Shown here in pieces: positions 43,201 through 52,046 of a stretch of DNA of 64,000 nucleotides (its first letter is position 1; every line of letters begins with the position of its first letter). The notes beneath the pieces are model-generated. The model was not told where the DNA came from and searched no databases. It saw only the letters and a list, made by a program, of their open reading frames with translations. The position numbers and the translations under genes were made by a program. The DNA lies in contig CAAHEI010000105.1 in the NCBI GenBank assembly GCA_900772475.1, positions 13,393 through 77,392 of the forward strand, in the 5' to 3' direction. Origin of the DNA: Clostridia bacterium. Lineage in GTDB: Bacteria > Bacillota > Clostridia > TANB77 > CAG-465.

Positions 43201-45528
43201 ATGTATTTAACTCAAGAGCAGATTGATGTATTAAAACAAACTCTCCGAAATAAAAGATTAAAAATAGAGTTGCTTGATTCTAATATGCGAACGATTGATA
43301 GCATCGAGGGACATGCAATAGGTGGTTCCATCACCGCCAATGCAAATAATGATATTCGAAGAACTGGGAATGTGCAAATGTCTATTCCTATTTCCCCACA
43401 AGCAACAACACTTTTAGACCAACTGGATGGTTTTACTATTGAAATAGGTGGCAAAATTTGGCTGGATAAATATATAAAAATAAAAGTTGGAATAGAAAAT
43501 ATTTTATCTTCAACGAATGAAATAGTTTGGTATCCTTTAGGAGTGTTTTTAATAAATAAACCATCAAGGACCTTTTCAGCGACTGAATATAGTCTTTCTT
43601 TCGAATGTATTGATTTAATGTCAAAACTAACTGGACAAAGACAAGGACAATTGACTGGCACAACAACTGTAATTGAAAAGGGACATTATGAAACAATAAA
43701 TGGAAAAAAGGTTTATGTGAAAACAAAACTTGCTGATGCTTTGATTTCAACAATAACTGAATTGGGCGGCTTCTCTAAATATTCTATTTATCCTATACCA
43801 GGTGTATATAAATATTTACCATATGATATAAAAGTTGGTGTTGGTTCAACCGTCTATGACATATTGAAGCAATTAATGCAAATAATATCAACTTGGCAAA
43901 TGTATTTCGATTTGGATGGAACATTTATTGTAGAACCTATTCCTAGTGGTGAAAATGCAATTATTTATGATATTGATGACCAACAATATATTAGTAATAC
44001 TTCAAGTGCTGATTTTGAAAATGTAAAAAATCAAATAGTTGTTTATGGTAGAGTAAATAATTTAAGTTATTATACAGAGAATGCTGAATCGAGTGCAAAA
44101 TCAACAGTAAGTTTAAATTCAGGAATTTCTAATGTACAAATAAATATGGAAGTTTTTGAAACAAAAATAACATCAAAGGGCTCTTATAATTTTTTATATA
44201 CAAATAATAATTGGACATTTAATAGTGAAAATATATCCATAGGGGATTATGGAATAACTTATAATGGGACGCCAAATGAAAATGCTCAAATCACAGTTGC
44301 TTATGAACCAGAACAAAATAATAATGTAGTTTATGATGGTAATACTTTGATTCTTAATTATACAACATTAAACGACCAAACTTTTACAATTTCCGGAGTA
44401 ACTTTTGGGTTTATGAGTTTATCTAAACCAAACTCTCAACCATTTACAAAAGTACAACTTAAAGTTGGTGGAGAAATGATTTTAACTTCCGATTTGGTTA
44501 AATTTGAAAATACAACTAATTCTTTTGGTGTAGATTATAATACGACTCAAATCGAAGCAAATACTATATTACCAAATGATATTTATTTTGTAAGAATATA
44601 TGATGGAACTTTAACTAGCGAAAAATATGTAGATATTACTCAACCTATAACTTTTGAATTTATGGGTAAGCAAGCAGTTGCCTATAATTTAGTAAACGAT
44701 AATAAAGAGAGTCCATTTTATATAAATAATAATATTGATGCGACAAATTATTATGGTGGCGAAGCAAAAACCCCTACGAATGCAAATTGGGGTGAGGGCT
44801 TCGAAATCACTTTAAACAATGAAGAAACGATAACTAACCTAAATGTGGGCGATATTATTACTTTCATTGCTAATGCTCCTAATATTTATGCTCAAGGACA
44901 AAATTTTTCTTATGTAAATATTAATCAAGCAAACGGTACAAGTTTGGCGACAAATATTCCATTAGTACAAAATACTTGGGATACAAGTATAAGTCCAGCA
45001 AGTAGACCATATTTGCAAGAGAACAAAATCGCAAATGATTATACTATTTGGAAATTAAGATATGAAATAATAAATAATGTTCCAAGTTTAACCTTAGTAG
45101 GTAGAAATGAAAATGCAATCGTTAAAGTTTGTACTGGTGGAGAATATGATAATATCTATGCCGACCAACTCGCATATGAAAGATGTCTTTGGGAAATGTT
45201 TCAACATTCAAACTTGAATGATAATCTTTCTTTAGGCATAGTCCCAAATTATCTTGTTGATGTAAATTGTAAAATTGCATTTGACGATAATGATGCATTG
45301 CCTATTGGAATTTATGACACTCAACCTTACAATGTAAGAATTTCGCAAGAAAATCCAATAGTTTATCAACAATTCGTGACATCGCTGGGAAATGATTTTT
45401 ATGTAAAAACGGAAAATGTTGGATATTTTTTAACAAAACAATTAACTTATCCTTTAGGGATAAATTCTACACCACAAACAATTTCGGCTATCAGGATTTA
45501 TGATAGTGGTAATCTTGTTGGTGAATAA
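43201..45528 (+). CDS. large baseplate / tail-associated protein (about 775 aa)
   Basis: ORF track. The start is taken at the second ATG, 6 nt after AAGGGGGG. The call rests on position and size. Confidence 0.55.
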   Translation: MYLTQEQIDVLKQTLRNKRLKIELLDSNMRTIDSIEGHAIGGSITANANNDIRRTGNVQMSIPISPQATTLLDQLDGFTIEIGGKIWLDKYIKIKVGIENILSSTNEIVWYPLGVFLINKPSRTFSATEYSLSFECIDLMSKLTGQRQGQLTGTTTVIEKGHYETINGKKVYVKTKLADALISTITELGGFSKYSIYPIPGVYKYLPYDIKVGVGSTVYDILKQLMQIISTWQMYFDLDGTFIVEPIPSGENAIIYDIDDQQYISNTSSADFENVKNQIVVYGRVNNLSYYTENAESSAKSTVSLNSGISNVQINMEVFETKITSKGSYNFLYTNNNWTFNSENISIGDYGITYNGTPNENAQITVAYEPEQNNNVVYDGNTLILNYTTLNDQTFTISGVTFGFMSLSKPNSQPFTKVQLKVGGEMILTSDLVKFENTTNSFGVDYNTTQIEANTILPNDIYFVRIYDGTLTSEKYVDITQPITFEFMGKQAVAYNLVNDNKESPFYINNNIDATNYYGGEAKTPTNANWGEGFEITLNNEETITNLNVGDIITFIANAPNIYAQGQNFSYVNINQANGTSLATNIPLVQNTWDTSISPASRPYLQENKIANDYTIWKLRYEIINNVPSLTLVGRNENAIVKVCTGGEYDNIYADQLAYERCLWEMFQHSNLNDNLSLGIVPNYLVDVNCKIAFDDNDALPIGIYDTQPYNVRISQENPIVYQQFVTSLGNDFYVKTENVGYFLTKQLTYPLGINSTPQTISAIRIYDSGNLVGE

Positions 45529-45554
45529 AATTTTATAAAAAAGGAAATAATATT

Positions 45555-46034
45555 ATGGCAGATATAATTGTGCAGCCAAAAGTCTTAGATAGTGATGGTG
45601 TGACTTATGATAATTTATATTTTCATCCTTATATTCAAGTGGGAAGTTTTCATGTTTCTCCAAAATCTTCTACTGGTTTTTATGAAATAACTATAGAAAA
45701 TGAAAATTATTTTAGAGACGGAGATGTAGTTTCTCTACAATGGACAAGCAGCTTTTCAAGGCCAGTAGAAACAACATTCATGTATACTTCGCAAACAGAA
45801 GGGCTTCCCTTATATACAATTCCAGTTTCTTGTCCGACGTATAGTGCTGAGTTTACAAAGATTGATATACTCATACCAGAAATATTTGCTATAACATCCG
45901 ATACGAAGAAGATAAGGGTTGCTTTAAAAGATGTTATGGGGATTCTTGGTTCAGACAATAAAATTGAATGGACTGTATATGATCCCACACAAACTATAAC
46001 TTTTTCCTTAAACAAGATAAAGATATATAGATAA
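45555..46034 (+). CDS. hypothetical tail protein
   Basis: ORF track. AAAGGAA RBS. Confidence 0.6.
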   Translation: MADIIVQPKVLDSDGVTYDNLYFHPYIQVGSFHVSPKSSTGFYEITIENENYFRDGDVVSLQWTSSFSRPVETTFMYTSQTEGLPLYTIPVSCPTYSAEFTKIDILIPEIFAITSDTKKIRVALKDVMGILGSDNKIEWTVYDPTQTITFSLNKIKIYR

Positions 46035-46228
46035 GTAATCAAAAAAAACATTGATTTATTATTGAAATAAAAAGGAATGGTTAGAAGGATATAACCCAAA
46101 TCTATAAGAGAATTTATCACTAATTCATTGTCAAATGACAATAGATTAAATAATTTCATAGATAGTAAAAAATCAAGCACTTTAGTGTTTGGTAGTTCAT
46201 AAAAATGCGATTAAATTGAGGTGTATGT

Positions 46229-46894
46229 ATGTATGATAGGCGCAAGATGCAAGATTTAACATATTCTGAATATAAAAGCGGGATATTGGAACAATATAAG
46301 ACATTGTGGGCAAATGGCAATTTTGCTGGTATCAATGAATTATTGCAAATAAATCAGTTAAAATATAAAATTTTTGATGCGTTTAATTGGAATAGGTTGA
46401 TAAATTTAGTAAATGACCAAACAAATGCAGATTTATGGGATAACTCAAAAGAATATAAAACATATGATATTGTGTCTTATGATAATTATACTTGGGTGTC
46501 TAAACAAGACGGTAACCAAAATCACATACCGCAATATGGAAGTTATTGGCAGCAAATCGAGTCTATTGAAAATACACAAACTGCTACTTATGATAGTTTG
46601 GTGGGAAAATGGCAAAAAGATTATGGTGATTTAAAGAATATTGTAGACAATTTTGAGTATATTGGAGTTTGGGAAACTGGTCAAGAATATAAGTTGGGCA
46701 ATTTGGTAAATACAGACTCTTATAATTCATATTTTTGTTTGCAAAATCATACGAGTTCGTCTGAGAATGAGCCACCAAATACTACATATTGGATTGAGTC
46801 AGAAACAATGCTAGACCCAGTAGGTATTCAAGTTTCAGCAACCCCACCAACAAATCTAACGGTTGGTGATATATATTTTCAAATAGTAGGTTAG
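46229..46894 (+). CDS. tail protein with two CBM5/12-like repeats
   Basis: WDNSKEYKTYDIVSYDNYTWVSKQDGNQNHIPQYGSYW and WETGQEYKLGNLVNTDSYNSYFCLQNH...PPNTTYW. Its C-terminus GDIYFQIVG is paralogous to that of 41722..42249. Confidence 0.5.
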   Translation: MYDRRKMQDLTYSEYKSGILEQYKTLWANGNFAGINELLQINQLKYKIFDAFNWNRLINLVNDQTNADLWDNSKEYKTYDIVSYDNYTWVSKQDGNQNHIPQYGSYWQQIESIENTQTATYDSLVGKWQKDYGDLKNIVDNFEYIGVWETGQEYKLGNLVNTDSYNSYFCLQNHTSSSENEPPNTTYWIESETMLDPVGIQVSATPPTNLTVGDIYFQIVG

Positions 46895-46928
46895 AAAAAA
46901 AATAAAAATTTTAAAGGAGATACTTCAA

Positions 46929-48833
46929 ATGGCAGGTAGACCAGAATATAAATCAAAATGGACGGGTCAAGAAATTGATAATGCTGTTGGAATGTTGATT
47001 GAAAATGGGGTAAAACCTCTTACGACTGGAGATATTGTACAAACGACTGGAAATAGTCCTACAAAAGTCATGAGTCAAGTAGCCGTTACAAATGCATTAG
47101 AAAATGTGGACCCTAGCGAAAAAATAAATGAAGCGATAGAAGAACATAATTCTAGTGAGCAGGCCCATCCATACATTCAAGACTTAATAAGTAATAAACC
47201 AAATGCATTGAATGATAGAAGCGACTCACAGAAAGACACATATTCGGCTAACTATATAAACAACTCTTTTGCTCCGATAACTTTTGTGTCAAATCTTTAT
47301 GCATCAAAGGTTAGTGACAATACTGCAGATTTGGTTGATAAGGCACCGGTTTTAAGTGCATCCAATACTTTGGTTTCTACTGCTACAACAAATACTGATT
47401 ATAATTGGTCGTCTCCAGATTTCACATTTACTCGTGATTTAGAAGTTTCGACAACCTTAACAGCACAAAATTCGTTTGCACTTAATTTAACATTTCAAAC
47501 AAGTAGAAATGCAACCATATCGTGGGGGGCGAAAATTAAAGTTTCGCAAGATAATGGACAAAGTTGGACATACATCTCGGATAATCAAGCCTATGGAGCG
47601 ATTTTCTATGAAACTGGAATAGGTAACACGGCAATATTTAATGTGTTTACTAACACAATTCAAGGTACAGTTATTTATCCTATAGGTACTTTATTAGCAA
47701 TAGAAATATATAAAAAACAAACCAGTGCAACGGCTTTAACAACGACTGTTTATTGTGGAGTAGAAGTTGATAATGCAGGGATTTATACTTATGCCCAATT
47801 CAATTTTACCAATGTAAATATTGGCACAGACCAATTGGAAGATGGTTCGGTAACAAAACAAAAACTGGAACAAAGTGTACAAGACACAATCAATAATGTT
47901 GCAAATAAGGTTGACAAACAAAGCATATTCGCTATTACGAAAAACACTATGTCTGTGAATAATGAAAATGGCGAATTTAGCATTCAAGGTAATTCTGTTC
48001 CATATAAAAGTTCAGTAAGAACGACTTTTAGTGGGGAACAAGTGAAAATTTCTAGTGCGGTGAACGATGGGTCATTGTCTTCCAATGTAACAATTTCTCC
48101 CACAAGCGTTGATGTCAAAGTCAATTCCAAAGATATTGAACAACTTAAGGAATCTCATGTAAAAATAAATGAAAAAGGAATTTATTATAATGATAAAAAC
48201 ATTTCTAATATTCCAATACAATCAATAAATGAAACAGAATTGGGCAGACAAATCAATCTCGCCACAGACCTTGAAGTTGGAAAGTTATATTTATTGAGTG
48301 GGTTAGACCCTACTGTAATTAGGGGAACATATAAAAATAAAAACGTTTACTTTTATAGTGGTAAACCCTATTTCCCTAACTATTATACTTATCAAGTATT
48401 AAAGCAATTGGATAATCAACTTATATTTGAAAATTGCAACTTAACTCCAGTGGTTGGTGGTGCAGGATACAACTTAAATGCATCTTATTATCAGTATGCT
48501 AGAGTGACAATAGACACAACTACTGGGTTAATTACAAATATTGAACCAGTTATAATGTTGAAAGGAGTTAATGGTGGGAATCTTTCGGCTAATTGTGTAG
48601 GTATATATGCTCCAACAACATCAGGTACACAAGGACAAATACTGCAAAGCAATGGAAGTGACTCAGCACCCACTTGGATTGATAAAGTTGATGAAGTAAA
48701 AGTTGATGGCAAAACTATCAACAAAAATGCCTCAAATGAATTGCAAGCAATAGCAGTAATAGATACAACTGATGGTGAAATTATAACTTCAAATCAATTA
48801 AGAAAAGCAATAACAATCCGGAGGTATCTTTGA
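46929..48833 (+). CDS. tail fibre protein (634 aa; zero-frame product ending at TGA 48831-48833)
   Basis: AAAGGAG RBS. Ser/Thr/Asn-rich beta-type composition. It ends in the prfB-like cassette CGG AGG TAT CTT TGA. Confidence 0.65.
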   Translation: MAGRPEYKSKWTGQEIDNAVGMLIENGVKPLTTGDIVQTTGNSPTKVMSQVAVTNALENVDPSEKINEAIEEHNSSEQAHPYIQDLISNKPNALNDRSDSQKDTYSANYINNSFAPITFVSNLYASKVSDNTADLVDKAPVLSASNTLVSTATTNTDYNWSSPDFTFTRDLEVSTTLTAQNSFALNLTFQTSRNATISWGAKIKVSQDNGQSWTYISDNQAYGAIFYETGIGNTAIFNVFTNTIQGTVIYPIGTLLAIEIYKKQTSATALTTTVYCGVEVDNAGIYTYAQFNFTNVNIGTDQLEDGSVTKQKLEQSVQDTINNVANKVDKQSIFAITKNTMSVNNENGEFSIQGNSVPYKSSVRTTFSGEQVKISSAVNDGSLSSNVTISPTSVDVKVNSKDIEQLKESHVKINEKGIYYNDKNISNIPIQSINETELGRQINLATDLEVGKLYLLSGLDPTVIRGTYKNKNVYFYSGKPYFPNYYTYQVLKQLDNQLIFENCNLTPVVGGAGYNLNASYYQYARVTIDTTTGLITNIEPVIMLKGVNGGNLSANCVGIYAPTTSGTQGQILQSNGSDSAPTWIDKVDEVKVDGKTINKNASNELQAIAVIDTTDGEIITSNQLRKAITIRRYL

Positions 48834-48834
48834 A
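48820..48834 (+). promoter_or_regulatory. candidate +1 programmed ribosomal frameshift site (GGAGG-TAT-CTT-TGA-A)
   Basis: An SD-like GGAGG, the 3-nt spacer TAT, a slippery CTT, then a TGA stop. This is the same architecture as the bacterial prfB (RF2) site AGGGGG-UAU-CUU-UGA. The +1 frame is open from 48814 into the LRR ORF. Confidence 0.55.
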
Positions 48835-50169
48835 GCAGGTGTTTATAATCACGAAACGCATGAACTCATAGCAACTTGGGCAGATTTAGTGACAGATGAT
48901 GTAAATGACACTACAAAACCATTTTATCAAAGTATAAGTGGTGGGTTAATAACTATAATGCCAATGGATGGCTACACTGATACAACTTATGATGGCTGCG
49001 ACTTGTATTTAGATGATTATGTGCAAAGTCTTTATTATGCATCGGGTGGCATAACTTTTAAATTTCCATTTAATGTTGCAAATGTTATTTTGTCAAATGG
49101 GCTTAAACATAATGCCCCAGTCCTTGATTTTAATGATACAGAGCAAATTACGACAACTTACAATAATGCCCAATACATTGGTAGCGATTCAAATCCATAT
49201 TTGATGCTATATAAAATACCAGATAATGTAACTTCATTGGAAATAAATGAGAAGACAAAAATTATAAATCAATTCTATACAGATGGTTTTACTGGCGCTC
49301 AATTAAGTTCAATCACTATACCAAATTCAATTCAAGATATACCTTCACAACTTACAATGATGCCGCTTTTGAAAAATGAAACTAATTTACACGGAAATGC
49401 TTACTATGCAGGAAATTCGGAAAATCCATACATTGTGCTTATGGAAGCAAAAGATACAACTATAACTGAATGTGAAATAAATCCAAATACAAAATTTATC
49501 GGAGTATATGCATTTGATGGATGCACTTCACTAACAAATATAAATTTGCCTAATTCTGTAACTAATATAGAAGAAATTGCATTTAGAAAGTGTGGGTTAA
49601 CCTCCATAAATATACCAAATAGTGTAGTAAAAATTGATGTACAAGCATTTGGACAAACTCAATTAACAACAGTTACATTACCAAATAGTATAGAATTTTT
49701 AGGACGTGGAGTATTTAATATATGCAAAAGTTTAACAACTGTAAATATACCTGAAAAAATAACATTTATTCCAGATAATTTTTGTTATTTTTGTAATTCT
49801 TTGACAAATGTTACTACTCATGATAATATAGAAATAATAGGAAGAACTGCATTTTATAAGGCAATATTTACAAGTTTTGATTTTGGTAAAAAACTCAAGT
49901 GCATTAAAAGAAGTGCTTTCTCAAATTGTGCGAACTTGAATAATGTGGTTTTGCCAAATACAATTAAAAGAATTGAAACGTCTGCTTTCGCTAGTTGTGC
50001 TTCATTGACAAAATTGACTATTCTTGCAACAACGCCACCAAATCTTGTAAATATAAATGCTTTTCCAACAAATCTTGCAACAATTTATGTACCAAAAGGT
50101 AGTTTGGATTCGTACAAAACAGCGACAAACTGGGCTTCATTCGCAGATAAATTTGTTGAGTTGAGTTAA
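48832..50169 (+). CDS. BspA-type leucine-rich-repeat (LRR_5) receptor-binding domain ORF, probably expressed as a +1 frameshift extension of the fibre
   Basis: LRR_5 repeats (IPNSVTNIEEIAFRKCGLTSINIPNSVVKIDVQAFGQTQLTTVTLPNSIEFLGRGVFNICKSLTTVNIP...). The frame is open upstream to 48814 and has no ATG or TTG before the SD-less GTG 48889 chosen by the ORF track. Confidence 0.6.
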   Translation, partial: EAGVYNHETHELIATWADLVTDDVNDTTKPFYQSISGGLITIMPMDGYTDTTYDGCDLYLDDYVQSLYYASGGITFKFPFNVANVILSNGLKHNAPVLDFNDTEQITTTYNNAQYIGSDSNPYLMLYKIPDNVTSLEINEKTKIINQFYTDGFTGAQLSSITIPNSIQDIPSQLTMMPLLKNETNLHGNAYYAGNSENPYIVLMEAKDTTITECEINPNTKFIGVYAFDGCTSLTNINLPNSVTNIEEIAFRKCGLTSINIPNSVVKIDVQAFGQTQLTTVTLPNSIEFLGRGVFNICKSLTTVNIPEKITFIPDNFCYFCNSLTNVTTHDNIEIIGRTAFYKAIFTSFDFGKKLKCIKRSAFSNCANLNNVVLPNTIKRIETSAFASCASLTKLTILATTPPNLVNINAFPTNLATIYVPKGSLDSYKTATNWASFADKFVELS

Positions 50170-50179
50170 AGGGGGAAAT

Positions 50180-51268
50180 ATGGGAATAATACTTAGAAAT
50201 AATAAAACTATAACACCATCAATAGTTATTGAAAAAATTGAAAAATCAGACGAATGGAAGCCAGATGCTGATATGGTTTGGGCTAAAAGTGTTTGTGAAA
50301 ATGATGTGCAAGAAGGATTTCAATGTAAAGTCTTGCAAATGATAAATAATTATTATACTTATACCGATATTGTTGTACCAAATAATGGTGCAGTAAAAAC
50401 AAGTGATGGTGGATACTATACAGAAAATGTAACTCACACTTGGGATGACACAAATGCCAAGCAAAGTGAGACAGGAGATTATAAACTTAGATGGTTGATT
50501 TATTACGATAATGATAATGTTAGTGCAGTTACAAATATATTAGATAATGCTATGTATACTTGTCTGAGTAATAAAAAATTTGATAATCTTACTTTTAGAA
50601 GTAAACAATGTTTGCAATATTTCGATTTAATAAATAATGCAAAATTTTTAGGCAGTAGCATAGGCGCTTGTTTTAGTGGTTGCTTTTTGCTTCAATCTAT
50701 ACCATTATTTGATATAAGTGGTATAACGGATATGAGTAGTATGTTTTTTAACTGTTATTCATTACAATCTATACCACCATTTGATATAAGCAGTATAACG
50801 GATATTAGCAATGCCTTTAATGGTTGTGCTGTACTAAAATCTATTCCATTATTAGATAATGGTAACCTTATCAATCTTGGCAATACTTTTAATGGTTGTA
50901 GTACACTCCAGTTTATACCGTTTTCTGATACTAATAAGACAACTCGTTTGGCTAATGCATTTGCTGGTTGTTTTGAAATTAAAGCACTTAATCTAAATTT
51001 GATAAATATAACATCTGGTTGGATGCAGGGTCAAATAATGAATAGATGTATAAATCTTGAATTCCTAACTCTCACAAATGTTAAAGCCAATATAAACATC
51101 TCATACTCAACTAAATACAGTAGAGAAACATTGCTTGGCATAATAAACAACTTAGTTGACTTAACTGGACAAACTGCACAAATACTTGCTATGGGTGCCA
51201 TAAACTTGGCAAAATTGACCGACGAAGATAAGCAAATAGCTGTCAACAAAAACTGGTCGTTAAACTAA
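50180..51268 (+). CDS. DUF285/BspA-family LRR surface-repeat protein (second receptor-binding candidate)
   Basis: It carries repeats of the form F.GC..LQSIP.FDIS.ITD....F.GC. AAGGGGGA RBS. Confidence 0.65.
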   Translation: MGIILRNNKTITPSIVIEKIEKSDEWKPDADMVWAKSVCENDVQEGFQCKVLQMINNYYTYTDIVVPNNGAVKTSDGGYYTENVTHTWDDTNAKQSETGDYKLRWLIYYDNDNVSAVTNILDNAMYTCLSNKKFDNLTFRSKQCLQYFDLINNAKFLGSSIGACFSGCFLLQSIPLFDISGITDMSSMFFNCYSLQSIPPFDISSITDISNAFNGCAVLKSIPLLDNGNLINLGNTFNGCSTLQFIPFSDTNKTTRLANAFAGCFEIKALNLNLINITSGWMQGQIMNRCINLEFLTLTNVKANINISYSTKYSRETLLGIINNLVDLTGQTAQILAMGAINLAKLTDEDKQIAVNKNWSLN

Positions 51269-51283
51269 AAGGAGGAAGGGTAA

Positions 51284-51511
51284 ATGAAAATTGAAAATAT
51301 AAACGGAATGATAAAAATAACTGCTGAAGAAAATAAATGTCTAATTCGTAAAGGTGAAGAACAGAAATTAGAAGACAATAACACTCAAATTGTTTATCTT
51401 GCAAAAAGTCTTAGCCCAGATGATTACGAAGAAAAAGATTTGATGGAAAACCCTTTGAAGGATGACTTTATGATGGAAGAAAAGAGGGAGGATTTAACAT
51501 GGCAGATATAA
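51284..51511 (+). CDS. hypothetical protein
   Basis: ORF track. AGGAGGAAGGG RBS. Confidence 0.6.
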   Translation: MKIENINGMIKITAEENKCLIRKGEEQKLEDNNTQIVYLAKSLSPDDYEEKDLMENPLKDDFMMEEKREDLTWQI

Positions 51512-52044
51512 ATACAGTCCTTTATGGTGGTAAGGATGAGCTTACAATGGCTCAGTACGAAGCACTTGAAACAGTTGCAGAAAATACTGATTTTGACTTG
51601 ACTGACTATCCGCATGATGGAATAACTAATATACAAATGACATTTGCTCTTACATGCCAAAGACTTTTCCCTGTAGGCACCACAATGACTTGTATTGATG
51701 ATGGTTCTTATTTAAAGGGGCATATTTATCAAATTCAAGTTGATGCTGGAGTAAAAAGTTGGAGCGATATTACCATTGATAAATATCCACTTATTATACC
51801 AAACACTAGCGTGACATCATGGACGGCAGATACTACTTATTCAGATTTTGGATATAAGTCTGAGATTTCTATAACTGGTTTATCTGCAAATGATGTTTGT
51901 GAGATTATATTTAATCAAGCGGATGCATCAAGTGGAAATTATGCACAAGTAAATTCCACCAGTGCAGGTATTTTAACAATTTATTCGAAAGTTGATACTT
52001 CAATTACAATTCCGACAATAATTGTCTTCAAGGGCGGTGACTAA
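51499..52044 (+). CDS. hypothetical tail/fibre-associated protein
   Basis: ORF track. GAGGGAGGA RBS. Confidence 0.6.
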   Translation: MADINTVLYGGKDELTMAQYEALETVAENTDFDLTDYPHDGITNIQMTFALTCQRLFPVGTTMTCIDDGSYLKGHIYQIQVDAGVKSWSDITIDKYPLIIPNTSVTSWTADTTYSDFGYKSEISITGLSANDVCEIIFNQADASSGNYAQVNSTSAGILTIYSKVDTSITIPTIIVFKGGD

Positions 52045-52046
52045 TT

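Noticed and set aside
45707-46180. 157-aa minus-strand ORF spanning the end of gene 45555..46034 and the following spacer
   Set aside because: It is antisense within a uniformly rightward operon, has no RBS, and has a hydrophobic low-complexity translation.
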